A DNA stretch of 45,328 bases from the NCBI GenBank assembly GCA_007122875.1, contig SKSS01000095.1:1-45328 (forward strand). Direction: 5' to 3'. The stretch comes from Salinarchaeum sp. (GTDB taxonomy: Archaea; Halobacteriota; Halobacteria; Halobacteriales; QS-1-68-20). Positions 9,374-18,964 of this stretch are shown piece after piece (the first letter of the stretch is position 1; every line of letters starts with the position of its first letter). The notes under the pieces were generated by a model. That model saw only the letters and a program-made list of their open reading frames with translations. It was not told where the DNA came from and did no database searches. The translations under genes were made by a program, and so were the position numbers.

Positions 9374-9739
9374 TCAGACGCCCGGTACGCCGACCGCCTC
9401 GAACTCCGTGATCCCGAGGATCGCGAGCACGTAGAGGACGATCAGGATGGAGAGCCACGCGATCAGCGCGATCGCAACGGCGTCGATCCACCCACCGGGA
9501 TAGCGCCAGTTGATCACGGCGATGTACGCGATCAGTACGAGCAAGGGGCCGAGCAGCGGGATCCACCCCACGAAGAGCCCCGCGATGGCCCACACGATCG
9601 CCCCGAGCAACGCCGTGACGATGGCATACGTGTAATCGTCAGCGTTGACGACAACGCGCGCACCGATATAAATGCCGAGTGCGCCGATCAGCAGGCTGAT
9701 GACGAACACGACGAGGCTGGCGAGTACCATAGCGAACAT
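9374..9739 (-). CDS. small integral membrane protein, function unknown
   Basis: 121 aa, about four hydrophobic helices, no recognisable motif. Confidence 0.55.
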   Translation of the reverse strand: MFAMVLASLVVFVISLLIGALGIYIGARVVVNADDYTYAIVTALLGAIVWAIAGLFVGWIPLLGPLLVLIAYIAVINWRYPGGWIDAVAIALIAWLSILIVLYVLAILGITEFEAVGVPGV

Positions 9740-9871
9740 CCGACGAGGACCCGGTTTGCTATGCGGCGCTTAGTCGCCGTTCGGTCGTGACTATAACCCT
9801 GGCAAACGCTGGATCAACGGAGATGACTTGGAGGCGCGGATTTTTATCGTTGGCCTCCGTTGAGTCGGTTG

Positions 9872-11539
9872 ATGCGTCACGCACAGGGACCCCTTCTTTC
9901 GATCGACGTGGGAGAGCGAACCGCCGAAACCATCGACATCGACGACCGGCTGGCCGAGTTCGTCGGTGGCCGTGCGCTCGCGACCAGCCTTGCTCACGAG
10001 CGGATTCCGTTCGACGCCGACCCGTTCGGCCCCGAGAACGCCGTCTACCTCTCGACTGGGCCGCTCCAGGTGTCGGAGATGAGCTTCACGGGCCGGATGA
10101 ACGCGACTGCGCTGTCGCCACTGACCGACGGCCTCCTGTCGACGAACGCGGGAGGCTATCTCTCGCGAAACTTCGCCGATACGGGGCATCCGATCGTCGA
10201 GATCACCGGCGAAAGCGACGAACTGCTCGCGATTCACGTCACTGACGAGGGCGTCGAGTTCGAGGAGGTGCCGGAACTGGCGGGGGCGCTCGTCTCCGAA
10301 GTCACCGAGGAACTTGATGAGCGCCACGGGCTGGAGGCGGAGAACCTGGTCACGATCGGACCGGCGGGTGAGAACCTCGTCCGGTTCGCCTGCCTGATGA
10401 CCTACGACAGTCGTGCGTTCGGCCGCGGCGGACTGGGTGCCGTCCTTGGATCGAAGAACGTCAAGACGATCTCGTTCCGCGGAGACTCCCCGCCGGAGAT
10501 CGACATGCCGAGCGACGCGCAGATGGAGGTCCACCGGGAGGCGGCCACCGCCGACGACATGATGAAACGGCAGGGGACGACCTCGGGGACGGAGTTCATC
10601 AACGACAACTTCTCGCTGCCGACCCGGTACTTCTCGGAGATGAGCTTCGAGGACGTCGAGGGGATCGGCGGGAACGCCGTCGAGGAGAAAAAGTACAAGA
10701 AGGGGGCGTGTTCGGTGTGTGCGTTCGCCTGTAAGCTCCCGACCCGCGACGAGGAGACCGGCCTCGAAACAGAGGGCCCGGAGTTCGAGACCGTGTTCTC
10801 GTTCGGCTCGAACACCGGCATCGGAAACGTCGTGGACGTGATGCAGTCGAACGAACTGTGCGATCAGCTCGGCATGGATACGATCAGCTGTGGGAACACG
10901 GTCGCCGCCTATCTCGCGTCCGAAGACGAGTTCGGAAACGCCGACCTCGTTCACGAGACCGTCGAGAAGATTGCCCACCGCGAGGGGATCGGCGATAAAC
11001 TCGCGGAAGGCGTCGAGCGCTGTCACGAGGAACTCGGCGTTGACAACTGGACGATGAAGGGGATGTCCTTCGCGGCCCACGACGGCCGTGCGCTCCATGG
11101 CCAGGGTCTCTCGTATGCGGTCGCCAACCGCGGCGCAGACCACATGTACGCATCGATGCTCTCGTTGGAGTACGACGGAACCCTCCCCGCAGAGGGGCTC
11201 GACGACAAGGCCGAGGTGCTGATCCAGCGTGAGAACTACAACGCGTTCCGCGACACCGGCATCGTGTGTGCGTTCGGCAGCGGCTACGTCACCGACGACT
11301 ACCTCGAAACCCTGTTCGACGCCGAGATGGACGATCTGCTCGCCGTCGGCGCGAAGACGGTCGAACTCGAACGGCACTTCAACAACCAGCGCGGGATGAA
11401 TCGGGGTGATGACGAGGACATGCCCTACGAGCTGCCGGACTTCGAGAGCGCGCTCGATGAGTACTACGAACTACGCGGCTGGAACGACGACGGCACCGTT
11501 CCGGACGGGGACGTGGCGGAGTACGCGAGCGCGGACTGA
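9872..11539 (+). CDS. aor: aldehyde:ferredoxin oxidoreductase family (tungsto/molybdopterin enzyme)
   Basis: 555 aa from ATG 9872 (the track ORF starts at TTG 9860). AOR N-terminal domain (SIDVGERT.., GGRALATSL, GPENAVYLSTGPL). [4Fe-4S] CxxCxxxC in GACSVCAFAC. Confidence 0.85.
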   Translation: MRHAQGPLLSIDVGERTAETIDIDDRLAEFVGGRALATSLAHERIPFDADPFGPENAVYLSTGPLQVSEMSFTGRMNATALSPLTDGLLSTNAGGYLSRNFADTGHPIVEITGESDELLAIHVTDEGVEFEEVPELAGALVSEVTEELDERHGLEAENLVTIGPAGENLVRFACLMTYDSRAFGRGGLGAVLGSKNVKTISFRGDSPPEIDMPSDAQMEVHREAATADDMMKRQGTTSGTEFINDNFSLPTRYFSEMSFEDVEGIGGNAVEEKKYKKGACSVCAFACKLPTRDEETGLETEGPEFETVFSFGSNTGIGNVVDVMQSNELCDQLGMDTISCGNTVAAYLASEDEFGNADLVHETVEKIAHREGIGDKLAEGVERCHEELGVDNWTMKGMSFAAHDGRALHGQGLSYAVANRGADHMYASMLSLEYDGTLPAEGLDDKAEVLIQRENYNAFRDTGIVCAFGSGYVTDDYLETLFDAEMDDLLAVGAKTVELERHFNNQRGMNRGDDEDMPYELPDFESALDEYYELRGWNDDGTVPDGDVAEYASAD

Positions 11540-11759
11540 ACGGTCCGAACGCCGTTTTCGGTTGCAGTCGATTCGCTTCCGGGCCGTGCCGGTCGCTCAG
11601 TCGCCGTTGTTCGATCCCTCCCAGTGGCGGGCGGTTGGCGCGCGCCGGGCCGCGCAGCGCTCGCAGAAGCGAGCGCACGCGGCTCAGCACGCGCCACCCG
11701 CCACCAAAAGACGGGATTCTGCGCGAACCACTCGTCCATTCTCCGCCACTCTCGGCAGT

Positions 11760-12038
11760 TCATCCGCCCTTCACCGGGGGAGCCGCCCGAAGCACGTCAC
11801 CATCGGAGAGCGACGTGTCGAGGCCCTCCAGATGGGCGACGTTCTGGCGGTTCCGGGTCAGGTTGATGCCGTCGGCAATCCCGTCCCCGTCGAGCAGGCG
11901 GTCGGCCAGTTCAGGATGGTCCGCTCCAAGATGATCGATCGCATCCCCCACGGTCGCGCCCTCGGGGAGCGAGACCGGGAGCGACTTCTCGCCAACCGGC
12001 TCCCGAAGCGGTCCGAACAGGTGTACCTCGATCTCCAT
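11760..12038 (-). CDS. MoaD/ThiS-type beta-grasp protein ending in Gly-Gly (SAMP/MoaD-like)
   Basis: 92 aa from ATG 12038 (MEIEVHLFGPLRE..). Ends ..LSDGDVLRAAPPVKGG, the C-terminus typical of MoaD and small archaeal modifier proteins. Confidence 0.75.
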   Translation of the reverse strand: MEIEVHLFGPLREPVGEKSLPVSLPEGATVGDAIDHLGADHPELADRLLDGDGIADGINLTRNRQNVAHLEGLDTSLSDGDVLRAAPPVKGG

Positions 12039-12127
12039 GGGGTGTGGTTGGACCGGGATCGACATGAGGTCCGCGGTCGGGCGGAGCGAGCGAAATATCC
12101 TTGGCCTCGGCCCGCTCAGATCCGACC

Positions 12128-12379
12128 GTGCAGGTCACGATCCGCTGTTACGGCCGGTGGCGTGTGGCGATCGGCGAGCGGACGGTTTCCCTCGACCTCG
12201 ACGAGGGGGCGACCGTCGGTGACGCGCTCGCGTCGCTCGTCGATCTCGACTCGGCGGTCACGGACGGCGATGGCCCGGTCGTGTTGAAAGAGGGCACGAA
12301 CGTCCGGCACCTCGACGGCCGCGACACGCCGCTTTCCGACGGGGATACGGTCGCGTTAGGCGACCCGATTTCGGAGTAA
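12128..12379 (+). CDS. MoaD-like beta-grasp paralogue lacking the C-terminal Gly-Gly
   Basis: 83 aa if GTG 12128 is used (the track ORF starts at TTG 12101). Shares EGATVGDA and LSDGD blocks with the neighbouring gene but ends ..ALGDPISE. Start uncertain. Confidence 0.55.
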   Translation: MQVTIRCYGRWRVAIGERTVSLDLDEGATVGDALASLVDLDSAVTDGDGPVVLKEGTNVRHLDGRDTPLSDGDTVALGDPISE

Positions 12380-12499
12380 CGCTGGCTTATCGCCGACAAC
12401 CCCACGAACCGATGCGTCCGGATCGATCGACCGGCGTGCTGGGAGGAAAGCGGCGGGCCTAAGTACGGTCGGTCGAAGGGACACACAAGAGGTATCGTC

Positions 12500-13915
12500 G
12501 TGGATTCGTCCAACCGTTCCCCCCAGCTCGCGGACGCCCTCGCCGTCACCACGCTGGGCGCGTATCTGCTGATCGTCGTCGGCGCGACGACTGCGCTCGC
12601 CGACGCGACCGCTGCGTGTCAGACGTGGCCCGGCTGTAACGGGCAGTGGATTCCGACCTCGTCCGAGCCGTTGCTGCTGATCGCGTGGGGCCACCGGGTC
12701 GCCGCGCTCCTCGTCGGTCTGCTCGTTCTCGGAACGGCGATCCTGACGTGGCGGAGCGATACCGGAACGAAGGTCCGTGCTGCTGTCGCGGTCGCGGTTG
12801 CGCTCTATCCGGTTCAGGTCGGTCTCGGCGCGCTGGCCGCGACTGCGAGTACGCCGGCTTTGCTCTCGGCGGCCCACCTCATCGTCGGCGTCGGAATCTT
12901 CGCCGCGCTCGTCGTCGGACTCGCGTGGCGACTCTCCGAGACGACTCCCGAACGGGCCGTCACCGCGGACGCAGAGCCACAGCCGAATCACGATGCGACG
13001 CCGGAGGCGGCCGGACGTCCGACTGTGGCCGATTCGGGAGGGGGGATCGATCGTGGGAAACGGATCGTTGCGGCCTACGTGAGCCTGACAAAGCCCCGGC
13101 TGATGTGGCTGCTGTGTCTCGTCGCGGCCGCCGGAATGGCACTCGCCGCCGGGCCGAACCTCCGACTCGGAACCGTCGTCGCGACCCTCACCGGCGGCGT
13201 CCTCGCGATCGGTGCGAGCGGGACGTTCAACCACGTCCTGGAGCGGGACATCGACCGGAAGATGGCCCGAACCGCCGACCGTCCGACCGCCACCCACGAG
13301 ATCCCCGTCCGTAACGCACTCGCGTTCGGTTTCGTCCTCACGGCCGCGTCGCTCGCCGCGTTCCTGACCGTCAACCTGCTCGCGACTGCGCTCGGACTCG
13401 TCGCCATCCTCTTTTACAGCGTCGTCTACACGCTGTTGCTCAAGCCGAACACGGTTCAGAACACCGTCATCGGTGGGTTTGCTGGTGCGTTGCCCGCGCT
13501 CATCGGCTGGGCAGCCGTCACCAACGAGATCGGACTGCCCGCGCTCGCGCTCGCCGGCGTGATCTTCCTGTGGACGCCCGCGCACTTCTACAACCTCGCA
13601 ATGGCGTACAAGGAGGACTACGAGCGCGGCGGCTTCCCGATGCTCCCGGTCGTCCGCGGCGAGGCCGTCACTCGACGGCACGTCCTGTACTACCTCGGGG
13701 CGACGCTCGTCGGTGCGGCTGCACTCACGGCGATTGCCGGTCTCGGCTGGCTCTACGCCGCCACCACGGTCGCGTTCGGGGCCGTCTTCCTGTGGGCGGT
13801 CGTCCGCCTCCACCGCGACCGCACCCGAGCGGCGGCCTTCCGCGCGTTCCACGCCTCGAACGCCTACCTCGGTGCGCTGTTGGTCGTGATTCTCGTCGAG
13901 GCGCTCGTACTGTAG
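12500..13915 (+). CDS. ctaB: heme O synthase (protoheme IX farnesyltransferase) with N-terminal CtaA/COX15-like membrane region
   Basis: 471 aa, GTG start. UbiA-type motifs NHVLERDIDRKMARTADRP and YTLLLKP. N-terminal TM region carries CQTWPGC. Confidence 0.85.
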   Translation: MDSSNRSPQLADALAVTTLGAYLLIVVGATTALADATAACQTWPGCNGQWIPTSSEPLLLIAWGHRVAALLVGLLVLGTAILTWRSDTGTKVRAAVAVAVALYPVQVGLGALAATASTPALLSAAHLIVGVGIFAALVVGLAWRLSETTPERAVTADAEPQPNHDATPEAAGRPTVADSGGGIDRGKRIVAAYVSLTKPRLMWLLCLVAAAGMALAAGPNLRLGTVVATLTGGVLAIGASGTFNHVLERDIDRKMARTADRPTATHEIPVRNALAFGFVLTAASLAAFLTVNLLATALGLVAILFYSVVYTLLLKPNTVQNTVIGGFAGALPALIGWAAVTNEIGLPALALAGVIFLWTPAHFYNLAMAYKEDYERGGFPMLPVVRGEAVTRRHVLYYLGATLVGAAALTAIAGLGWLYAATTVAFGAVFLWAVVRLHRDRTRAAAFRAFHASNAYLGALLVVILVEALVL

Positions 13916-13916
13916 G

Positions 13917-14321
13917 ATGGAATCGCTCGAACACTTCGTGATCGGCTCGGTGGCCGCCGCCCTCGCGCTCGTTCCTCTCGCCGAGCGGTTTTCCATTCCG
14001 GTGTTACTCGTGCTGTTCGCGGTCGGTGTCGTGCTGAGCGTCCTGATCGACCTCGATCACTTCGTCCTCGCTCGACTTCGCGTCGGCGACTGGCGACACC
14101 TCCGTCGGGTTCTCGGCGATCCGACGAACGCCCTCTCCGGACAGGGGTGGATCTTCGAGGGCGTCGAACTCGAACGCGAACGGCTGGTGAGCCATCTCGT
14201 CGTGGGACTCGTGCTGGTCGGGGTCGGAGCCGCACTCAACCCGGCGGCCGGGGCGTTCCTGGCCGCCGTGATCGCGGTTCACGTCGTGTGTGACGTGCTT
14301 CGGGACCGAGAGATCGCGTGA
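13917..14321 (+). CDS. integral membrane protein, function unknown
   Basis: 134 aa, 1-nt gap after the ctaB stop, about 4 hydrophobic helices, LIDLDHF motif. Confidence 0.5.
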   Translation: MESLEHFVIGSVAAALALVPLAERFSIPVLLVLFAVGVVLSVLIDLDHFVLARLRVGDWRHLRRVLGDPTNALSGQGWIFEGVELERERLVSHLVVGLVLVGVGAALNPAAGAFLAAVIAVHVVCDVLRDREIA

Positions 14322-14385
14322 TCGCGTCGTTCTGTCAACTCCGCACACTGGACCCCGTTCGATGGCTGGGGACGCCGTGTGTGAC

Positions 14386-15669
14386 CTACGAGGACGCTCG
14401 ATACTCGGGGAGAATCTCCCCGTCTTCGACCACGATCTGCCCATGTTTCAGCACGTACTCCCGGTTGGCCATGCCGATGGCGGCCCACTGCCGGGACGGC
14501 TCGTCGAAGACGACCAGATCGGCGTTCGACCCCTCGGCGATCCCGTACTCGTCGTCGATTCCCAGCACAACTGCACCCTGGTACGTGGCGAGATCCCAGA
14601 GGAAGTCGTATCCTGCGTTCGATTCGGTCCAGCGATACGTTTCGCGGCTGGGATCCGCTCCGATGAGCTTCTGGGCCATCACCGCGAGTCCGAACAGCGT
14701 ATCGCCATCACCGGACGGAAGCACGAAGTCTCTGGTGTTGTCGGTGCCGTGACCGAGCGGAATCCCTGCCCCGACGATCTCTCGAAGGGGCATTTCGTAG
14801 CGGACGCTGTTGTAGCACGTCACCATCTTGAGGTTGATCGATTGAGCCGCATCGAGGAGCGTATCGAGCTGTTCGGGAGACGCTTGCGCGAGCGAGAAAC
14901 AGTGACTCGCCGTCACTCGCCCCTCGTACCCCCGCGCTCGGGTTTCCGTGACGAGCTGGTCGAGCGTCCGGTGTCCGAGCGTGCCGTGATCCTGTATGTG
15001 AACGTCGAGATCGATGTCGTAGTCCGTTGCCACGTCGAACCACGTTTCGATCGTTCTCGGGATGTCCCTGTTTCTCGATCCCGGATCGGCCCCACCGATC
15101 AGCACGTCGCGCTCGTCGTCGACCGCGGACAGCCCCATCTCGATCGCCTCACGGACCTGCTCTTCGCCACCCTCGGCAGTAATGCCGCCGTACGACGCGG
15201 GAACGAGCTGGAGATCGACGAGATCGGCCGTTCGTTCCTTCGCCTCGAGGCACGCTTTCATCGTGTCCGTCCCGATCGAATGATCGACGCCCACGTGGGT
15301 ACGAACGTACGTCGCTCCCGACGCGGACGCCTTCTCGATCGCTCGGACTGCGTTCTCGACGATCTCGTCGAACGGCGTCGTGTCGTAGTGTCTGTCGAAC
15401 TGGGCGTTGATGTCGCCGGAGATTTCGGGATCGTCGACCTCCTTCGGCTTGCGATCCCCAGCGATCGCGAACGCCCGATCGATGTGTTTGTGACTGTCGA
15501 CGAAGCCGGGCGAGACCAGATTCTCCTTGGCGTCGATTTCGGTCTCGCCGGTTGCCGAACCGGGATCACCGATTGCTGTTATTTTCCCGCCGTCGATAGC
15601 GATGTCCACGACGCGGTCACGATCCTGTAGGTAGGCGTTTTTGATAACCGTCTCTGGTGATTCCGACAT
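14386..15669 (-). CDS. metal-dependent amidohydrolase (cytosine deaminase / AtzC-like)
   Basis: 427 aa. GFVDSHKHID (HxH metal ligands), DLDVHIQDH, GHGTDN. Overall amidohydrolase_1 layout. Confidence 0.8.
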   Translation of the reverse strand: MSESPETVIKNAYLQDRDRVVDIAIDGGKITAIGDPGSATGETEIDAKENLVSPGFVDSHKHIDRAFAIAGDRKPKEVDDPEISGDINAQFDRHYDTTPFDEIVENAVRAIEKASASGATYVRTHVGVDHSIGTDTMKACLEAKERTADLVDLQLVPASYGGITAEGGEEQVREAIEMGLSAVDDERDVLIGGADPGSRNRDIPRTIETWFDVATDYDIDLDVHIQDHGTLGHRTLDQLVTETRARGYEGRVTASHCFSLAQASPEQLDTLLDAAQSINLKMVTCYNSVRYEMPLREIVGAGIPLGHGTDNTRDFVLPSGDGDTLFGLAVMAQKLIGADPSRETYRWTESNAGYDFLWDLATYQGAVVLGIDDEYGIAEGSNADLVVFDEPSRQWAAIGMANREYVLKHGQIVVEDGEILPEYRASS

Positions 15670-15803
15670 GGCACCCTCTCAGTTGCTGGATGGATAACCG
15701 TTTGGCATACGGAAGATCGAGACGACGGGCGCGAATCTTCGAACGAGACACTCCACGACCGAATCTCGGAACCCTTACCCCAATCCGCCCGATTGATCGG
15801 TGT

Positions 15804-16763
15804 ATGGAATCTGCGCTCGTCGCCGAGGGCATCAAGAAGCGTTACGGCGACGTGGAGGCGCTGTCGGGCGTCTCGCTGTCGGTCGATCGCGGAGAGACGG
15901 TGGCGTTGATCGGTCCCAACGGAGCCGGAAAGACGACGCTGGTGCGAATCCTGCTCGGGACGCTCACACCCGACGCCGGGACCGTCTCCGTGCTCGGGAG
16001 TGCGCCTCAGTCGGTCGATCGCGAGCGCATCGGGCTGCTCCCGCAGGCGTTCACGCCGCCGGACCGGCTGACCGGCCGGGAACTCGTCCGGTACTACGGC
16101 GGTCTCTACGACGACGCCATGACACCGACGGCAGCGCTCGATTCGGTCGGACTCGACGGGCGCGTCGCCGACACGCGATACGAGGACCTCTCGGGGGGCG
16201 AGAGACGGCGCGTCTGCGTGGCGTGTGCGCTCGTCAACGAGCCGGATCTGCTGGTGCTTGACGAGCCGACGACCGCGATCGATCCCGCAGGCAGGCGGTC
16301 GCTGTGGGCGCTGCTTGAGGACCTTGCTGAGGGCGGAGTGACCGTCCTGTTGACGACCCACGACATGATCGAAGCCGAGCGGTTGGCCGATCGGGTCGGC
16401 CTGCTCGCCGAGGGGCGACTCGTGGACCTCGGAGCACCCACAGAACTGATCGCCGAACACGGCGGGGAGGGACGACTCGTCGTCGCGACGGAAGCGGGCG
16501 TCGAGACCCTGTCGGATGGGAACTTCCCGGTCGAGGCGATCGACCGTGGGCTCGTCGTCCGCGACGTGCCGCCCGAGCGGGTCGACGAGGCGGTCGGACT
16601 CGTCGCCGGAGCCGACATCGAGTACGACGGGCTTCGATGGACCGCCCCGACGCTGGAAGAAGTCTATCTCTCGCTGACAGGCGAGCGATTCGAGGGGCGT
16701 GGGGTGTGGCCGTCCGGTGTGGCGGCCGACGCGCCGGGAGCCGACGGTGGTGATCGGCGATGA
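15804..16763 (+). CDS. ABC transporter ATP-binding protein (ABC-2 exporter type)
   Basis: 319 aa from the in-frame ATG at 15804. Walker A GPNGAGKTT, signature LSGGERRR, Walker B LLVLDEPT. Confidence 0.85.
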   Translation: MESALVAEGIKKRYGDVEALSGVSLSVDRGETVALIGPNGAGKTTLVRILLGTLTPDAGTVSVLGSAPQSVDRERIGLLPQAFTPPDRLTGRELVRYYGGLYDDAMTPTAALDSVGLDGRVADTRYEDLSGGERRRVCVACALVNEPDLLVLDEPTTAIDPAGRRSLWALLEDLAEGGVTVLLTTHDMIEAERLADRVGLLAEGRLVDLGAPTELIAEHGGEGRLVVATEAGVETLSDGNFPVEAIDRGLVVRDVPPERVDEAVGLVAGADIEYDGLRWTAPTLEEVYLSLTGERFEGRGVWPSGVAADAPGADGGDRR

Positions 16764-17506
16764 GCCGTCTCGGACGGATCCGCTCGGAGGCGATCGCGGA
16801 GTGGCGGTCGTTCGTCCGTCGTCGAACCGCGGTGTTCTTTACGTTCCTCTTTCCGACGATTCTCGTTCTCATTTTCGGCGCGCTCGTGCGGACCGACCCG
16901 ACTGGCGGCGGGCTGTTCGCCGAGGAACCCGACTACTACGTCGCGGGCTATCTCGCCGTCGTCGTCCTCTTCACGCCCATGTCGCGGGTGGCGAGCACGG
17001 TCGCTCGCCACCGCGAAGGCAACCGTTTCGAGAAGCTAGCGACGACGCCGCTCTCGCGGATGGAGTGGCTCGCGGCCCACGCCGCCGTCAACGTCGTCTT
17101 GGTGACGCTCGCGTGTGCGCTCGTCCTCGCGCTCGTCCTCGGCCTCACTGGCGCGGAGATCGTCTTCTCGCCGCTCGTGCTCCCCTTTCTCGCCGCTGGC
17201 GTTCTCGTCTTCTGTGGGGTCGGGGCGTTGCTCGGCCGGATCAGCGACTCACGGGACGGTGCGGTCGCCGCGAGCAACACCATCGGGCTTCCGCTCGTCT
17301 TCCTCTCGGAGACGTTCGTTCCCCCGGAGATGCTGCCGGGGTGGTTCGCCCCGCTGATCGACCTCTCGCCGTTGACCTACTTCTCGCGGGGCGTTCGGGA
17401 AGTGACGGTGGGTGGTGGATCGGGACTCGCGGAACTCGCAATCTTGACCGCGCTCGGGCTCGTCGCGTTCGCCGTCGCGGCGCGGGCGCTTCCGCTGACG
17501 GAGTGA
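16760..17506 (+). CDS. ABC-2 type transporter permease
   Basis: 248 aa, about 6 TM helices. ATG overlaps the ATPase stop (ATGA). Confidence 0.8.
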   Translation: MSRLGRIRSEAIAEWRSFVRRRTAVFFTFLFPTILVLIFGALVRTDPTGGGLFAEEPDYYVAGYLAVVVLFTPMSRVASTVARHREGNRFEKLATTPLSRMEWLAAHAAVNVVLVTLACALVLALVLGLTGAEIVFSPLVLPFLAAGVLVFCGVGALLGRISDSRDGAVAASNTIGLPLVFLSETFVPPEMLPGWFAPLIDLSPLTYFSRGVREVTVGGGSGLAELAILTALGLVAFAVAARALPLTE

Positions 17507-17514
17507 CTATTATA

Positions 17515-17730
17515 CTACAGTTCCTCGTGAATCTCGTCGACGTTTCGGGGACCGCCGAGGTGAACATCGAACCCGAGTTCATCGAGGATGTCCCGCATTC
17601 GATACCGCGAGATACCGGCTCGTTCGGCGGCTTGTCCGAGCGTACACTCACCGAGCGCGTATAACCCGATTGCCGTGGCGAGCGCTTCCGATTCGCTGTT
17701 GCCAGCCGGAACGCCCTGGTCGGCAGCCAT
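17515..17730 (-). CDS. UPF0175 family protein (antitoxin-like)
   Basis: 71 aa from ATG 17730. ..EALATAIGLYALGECTLGQAAERAGISRYRMRDILDELGFDV.. matches the UPF0175 pattern. Confidence 0.6.
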   Translation of the reverse strand: MAADQGVPAGNSESEALATAIGLYALGECTLGQAAERAGISRYRMRDILDELGFDVHLGGPRNVDEIHEEL

Positions 17731-17832
17731 GGCCGATGATTGGTCGCTATCCGGGATAAACGTACGCCTGCCCGCTCCCGGCACCGAATTCTCTCCTATC
17801 CCGGTGACGTGCACAGTATGAGAACCACTCGC

Positions 17833-18234
17833 TCAACGATCTTTTTTATCTGCCCGCCGCCGCCCACCGAACACGGCCACGAGCACGTATACGATCCCCA
17901 GGATCCGCGTCGCCGGAACGACCCACGACCGAACCTTGACGGTGTCCGCGTCCTCGTAGGCGACCCACAGCCCCCAGTCGACGAGTCGATCGGGGGTCAG
18001 AAGCGCCGGCAAGCCGATCGTGCCGAGCAGTCCCCTGACGGCAGGGTGAGAGAGATCGCCGCGAACCGCGAGCAGCGCGAACGCGACCCCCTCCGCGCGG
18101 GCGATGGGGACCGTCCACGGACGAAGGGTCGCCTCACCGGGGTTCCCGAACGCCATCCGCTCGCCGAACGCGACGATTCGCTCGGGAACCAGCGCTTCGA
18201 GGACGGCGAACGCGAACAGCAGTCGTCGAAACAT
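17833..18234 (-). CDS. hypothetical membrane protein
   Basis: 133-aa ORF with ATG start, hydrophobic N- and C-terminal segments, no recognisable family. Confidence 0.4.
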   Translation of the reverse strand: MFRRLLFAFAVLEALVPERIVAFGERMAFGNPGEATLRPWTVPIARAEGVAFALLAVRGDLSHPAVRGLLGTIGLPALLTPDRLVDWGLWVAYEDADTVKVRSWVVPATRILGIVYVLVAVFGGRRRADKKDR

Positions 18235-18288
18235 ATCCGAGAGACGACGGGTCAGTACAAAAACCCACGTCGCTCACGAACGGGTACG

Positions 18289-18891
18289 TCAGTGGACGAC
18301 CATCGTCGCGGCCGCGAACTCCCAGCCGTAGACGTGATTGAGCATGAGGTAGGTGATCACACCGAGGACGAGCGAGATGGTCCACGAGAGCGCGGCGATT
18401 CGCCCGACTCGGGGGTGTGCGGTGTTCGGTAGCTCCGAGGGGGTGTAGCTCACCCCGAGCACGACCGCGTGGAGGACGACGGGGACGGCGATGATCGAGA
18501 GGATAACGTGGACGGCGAGCATGAGCAGGTAGGCGTAGTACGGAAGCGTCGGCCCGACGAACTCCTTCGTGCCACCGCCACCGACTTTCGGCAAGTACAT
18601 GAGCAAAAACAGAAGTATCAGCCCGAACGCACCGAGCATCGCCCACTTGTGCTTTTGGACCGCTCCCTTCCGAATCCAGTACCAGCCGAGGACGATGAGC
18701 GCGGTCGCCAGCGTGTTGACGACCGCGATCGCGTGCGTGAGGAAGTCGACCTGTGCGAGCGTGAGCTCCGGATAGATCGGCAGATCCGCGACGAACGTCC
18801 CGATCACGAGGGCGTACCCGACGGCCGAGAGAATCGCCGTGACGACTGCCGGACGCTCTCTGACCCGCGCTTTGGCGCTGGCGGTTGCCAT
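18289..18891 (-). CDS. DUF420 (CtaM-like) membrane protein
   Basis: 200 aa, multiple TM helices. The H-containing helices (FLTHAIAVVNT, LMLAVHVILSIIAVP) resemble DUF420. Confidence 0.7.
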   Translation of the reverse strand: MATASAKARVRERPAVVTAILSAVGYALVIGTFVADLPIYPELTLAQVDFLTHAIAVVNTLATALIVLGWYWIRKGAVQKHKWAMLGAFGLILLFLLMYLPKVGGGGTKEFVGPTLPYYAYLLMLAVHVILSIIAVPVVLHAVVLGVSYTPSELPNTAHPRVGRIAALSWTISLVLGVITYLMLNHVYGWEFAAATMVVH

Positions 18892-18964
18892 ACGCGCTCG
18901 TTAGGACGGGGGGCAGTTGGCGCTTTCCATCCCCAACGGGTCACGACCCGAAGACAAACCTCAT

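Noticed and set aside
9791-11377. 528-aa minus-strand ORF
   Set aside because: It is antisense to the AOR gene, which has clear family motifs. The product is Arg/Val-rich with no recognisable domain, which is typical of a high-GC shadow ORF.
11657-11676. 8-bp GC hairpin (gcgctcgc agaa gcgagcgc) between the convergent aor and beta-grasp genes as a terminator
   Set aside because: Archaeal termination relies mainly on oligo-T tracts and none follows. Such GC palindromes are common by chance in high-GC DNA.
12356-13996. 546-aa minus-strand ORF
   Set aside because: It is antisense to ctaB. The product is extremely Arg/Glu/Asp-rich and of low complexity, while the plus strand encodes a bona fide UbiA-type membrane protein.
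14290-15630. 446-aa plus-strand ORF
   Set aside because: It is antisense to the amidohydrolase gene, which carries the HxH metal motif. The ORF itself has no recognisable domain.
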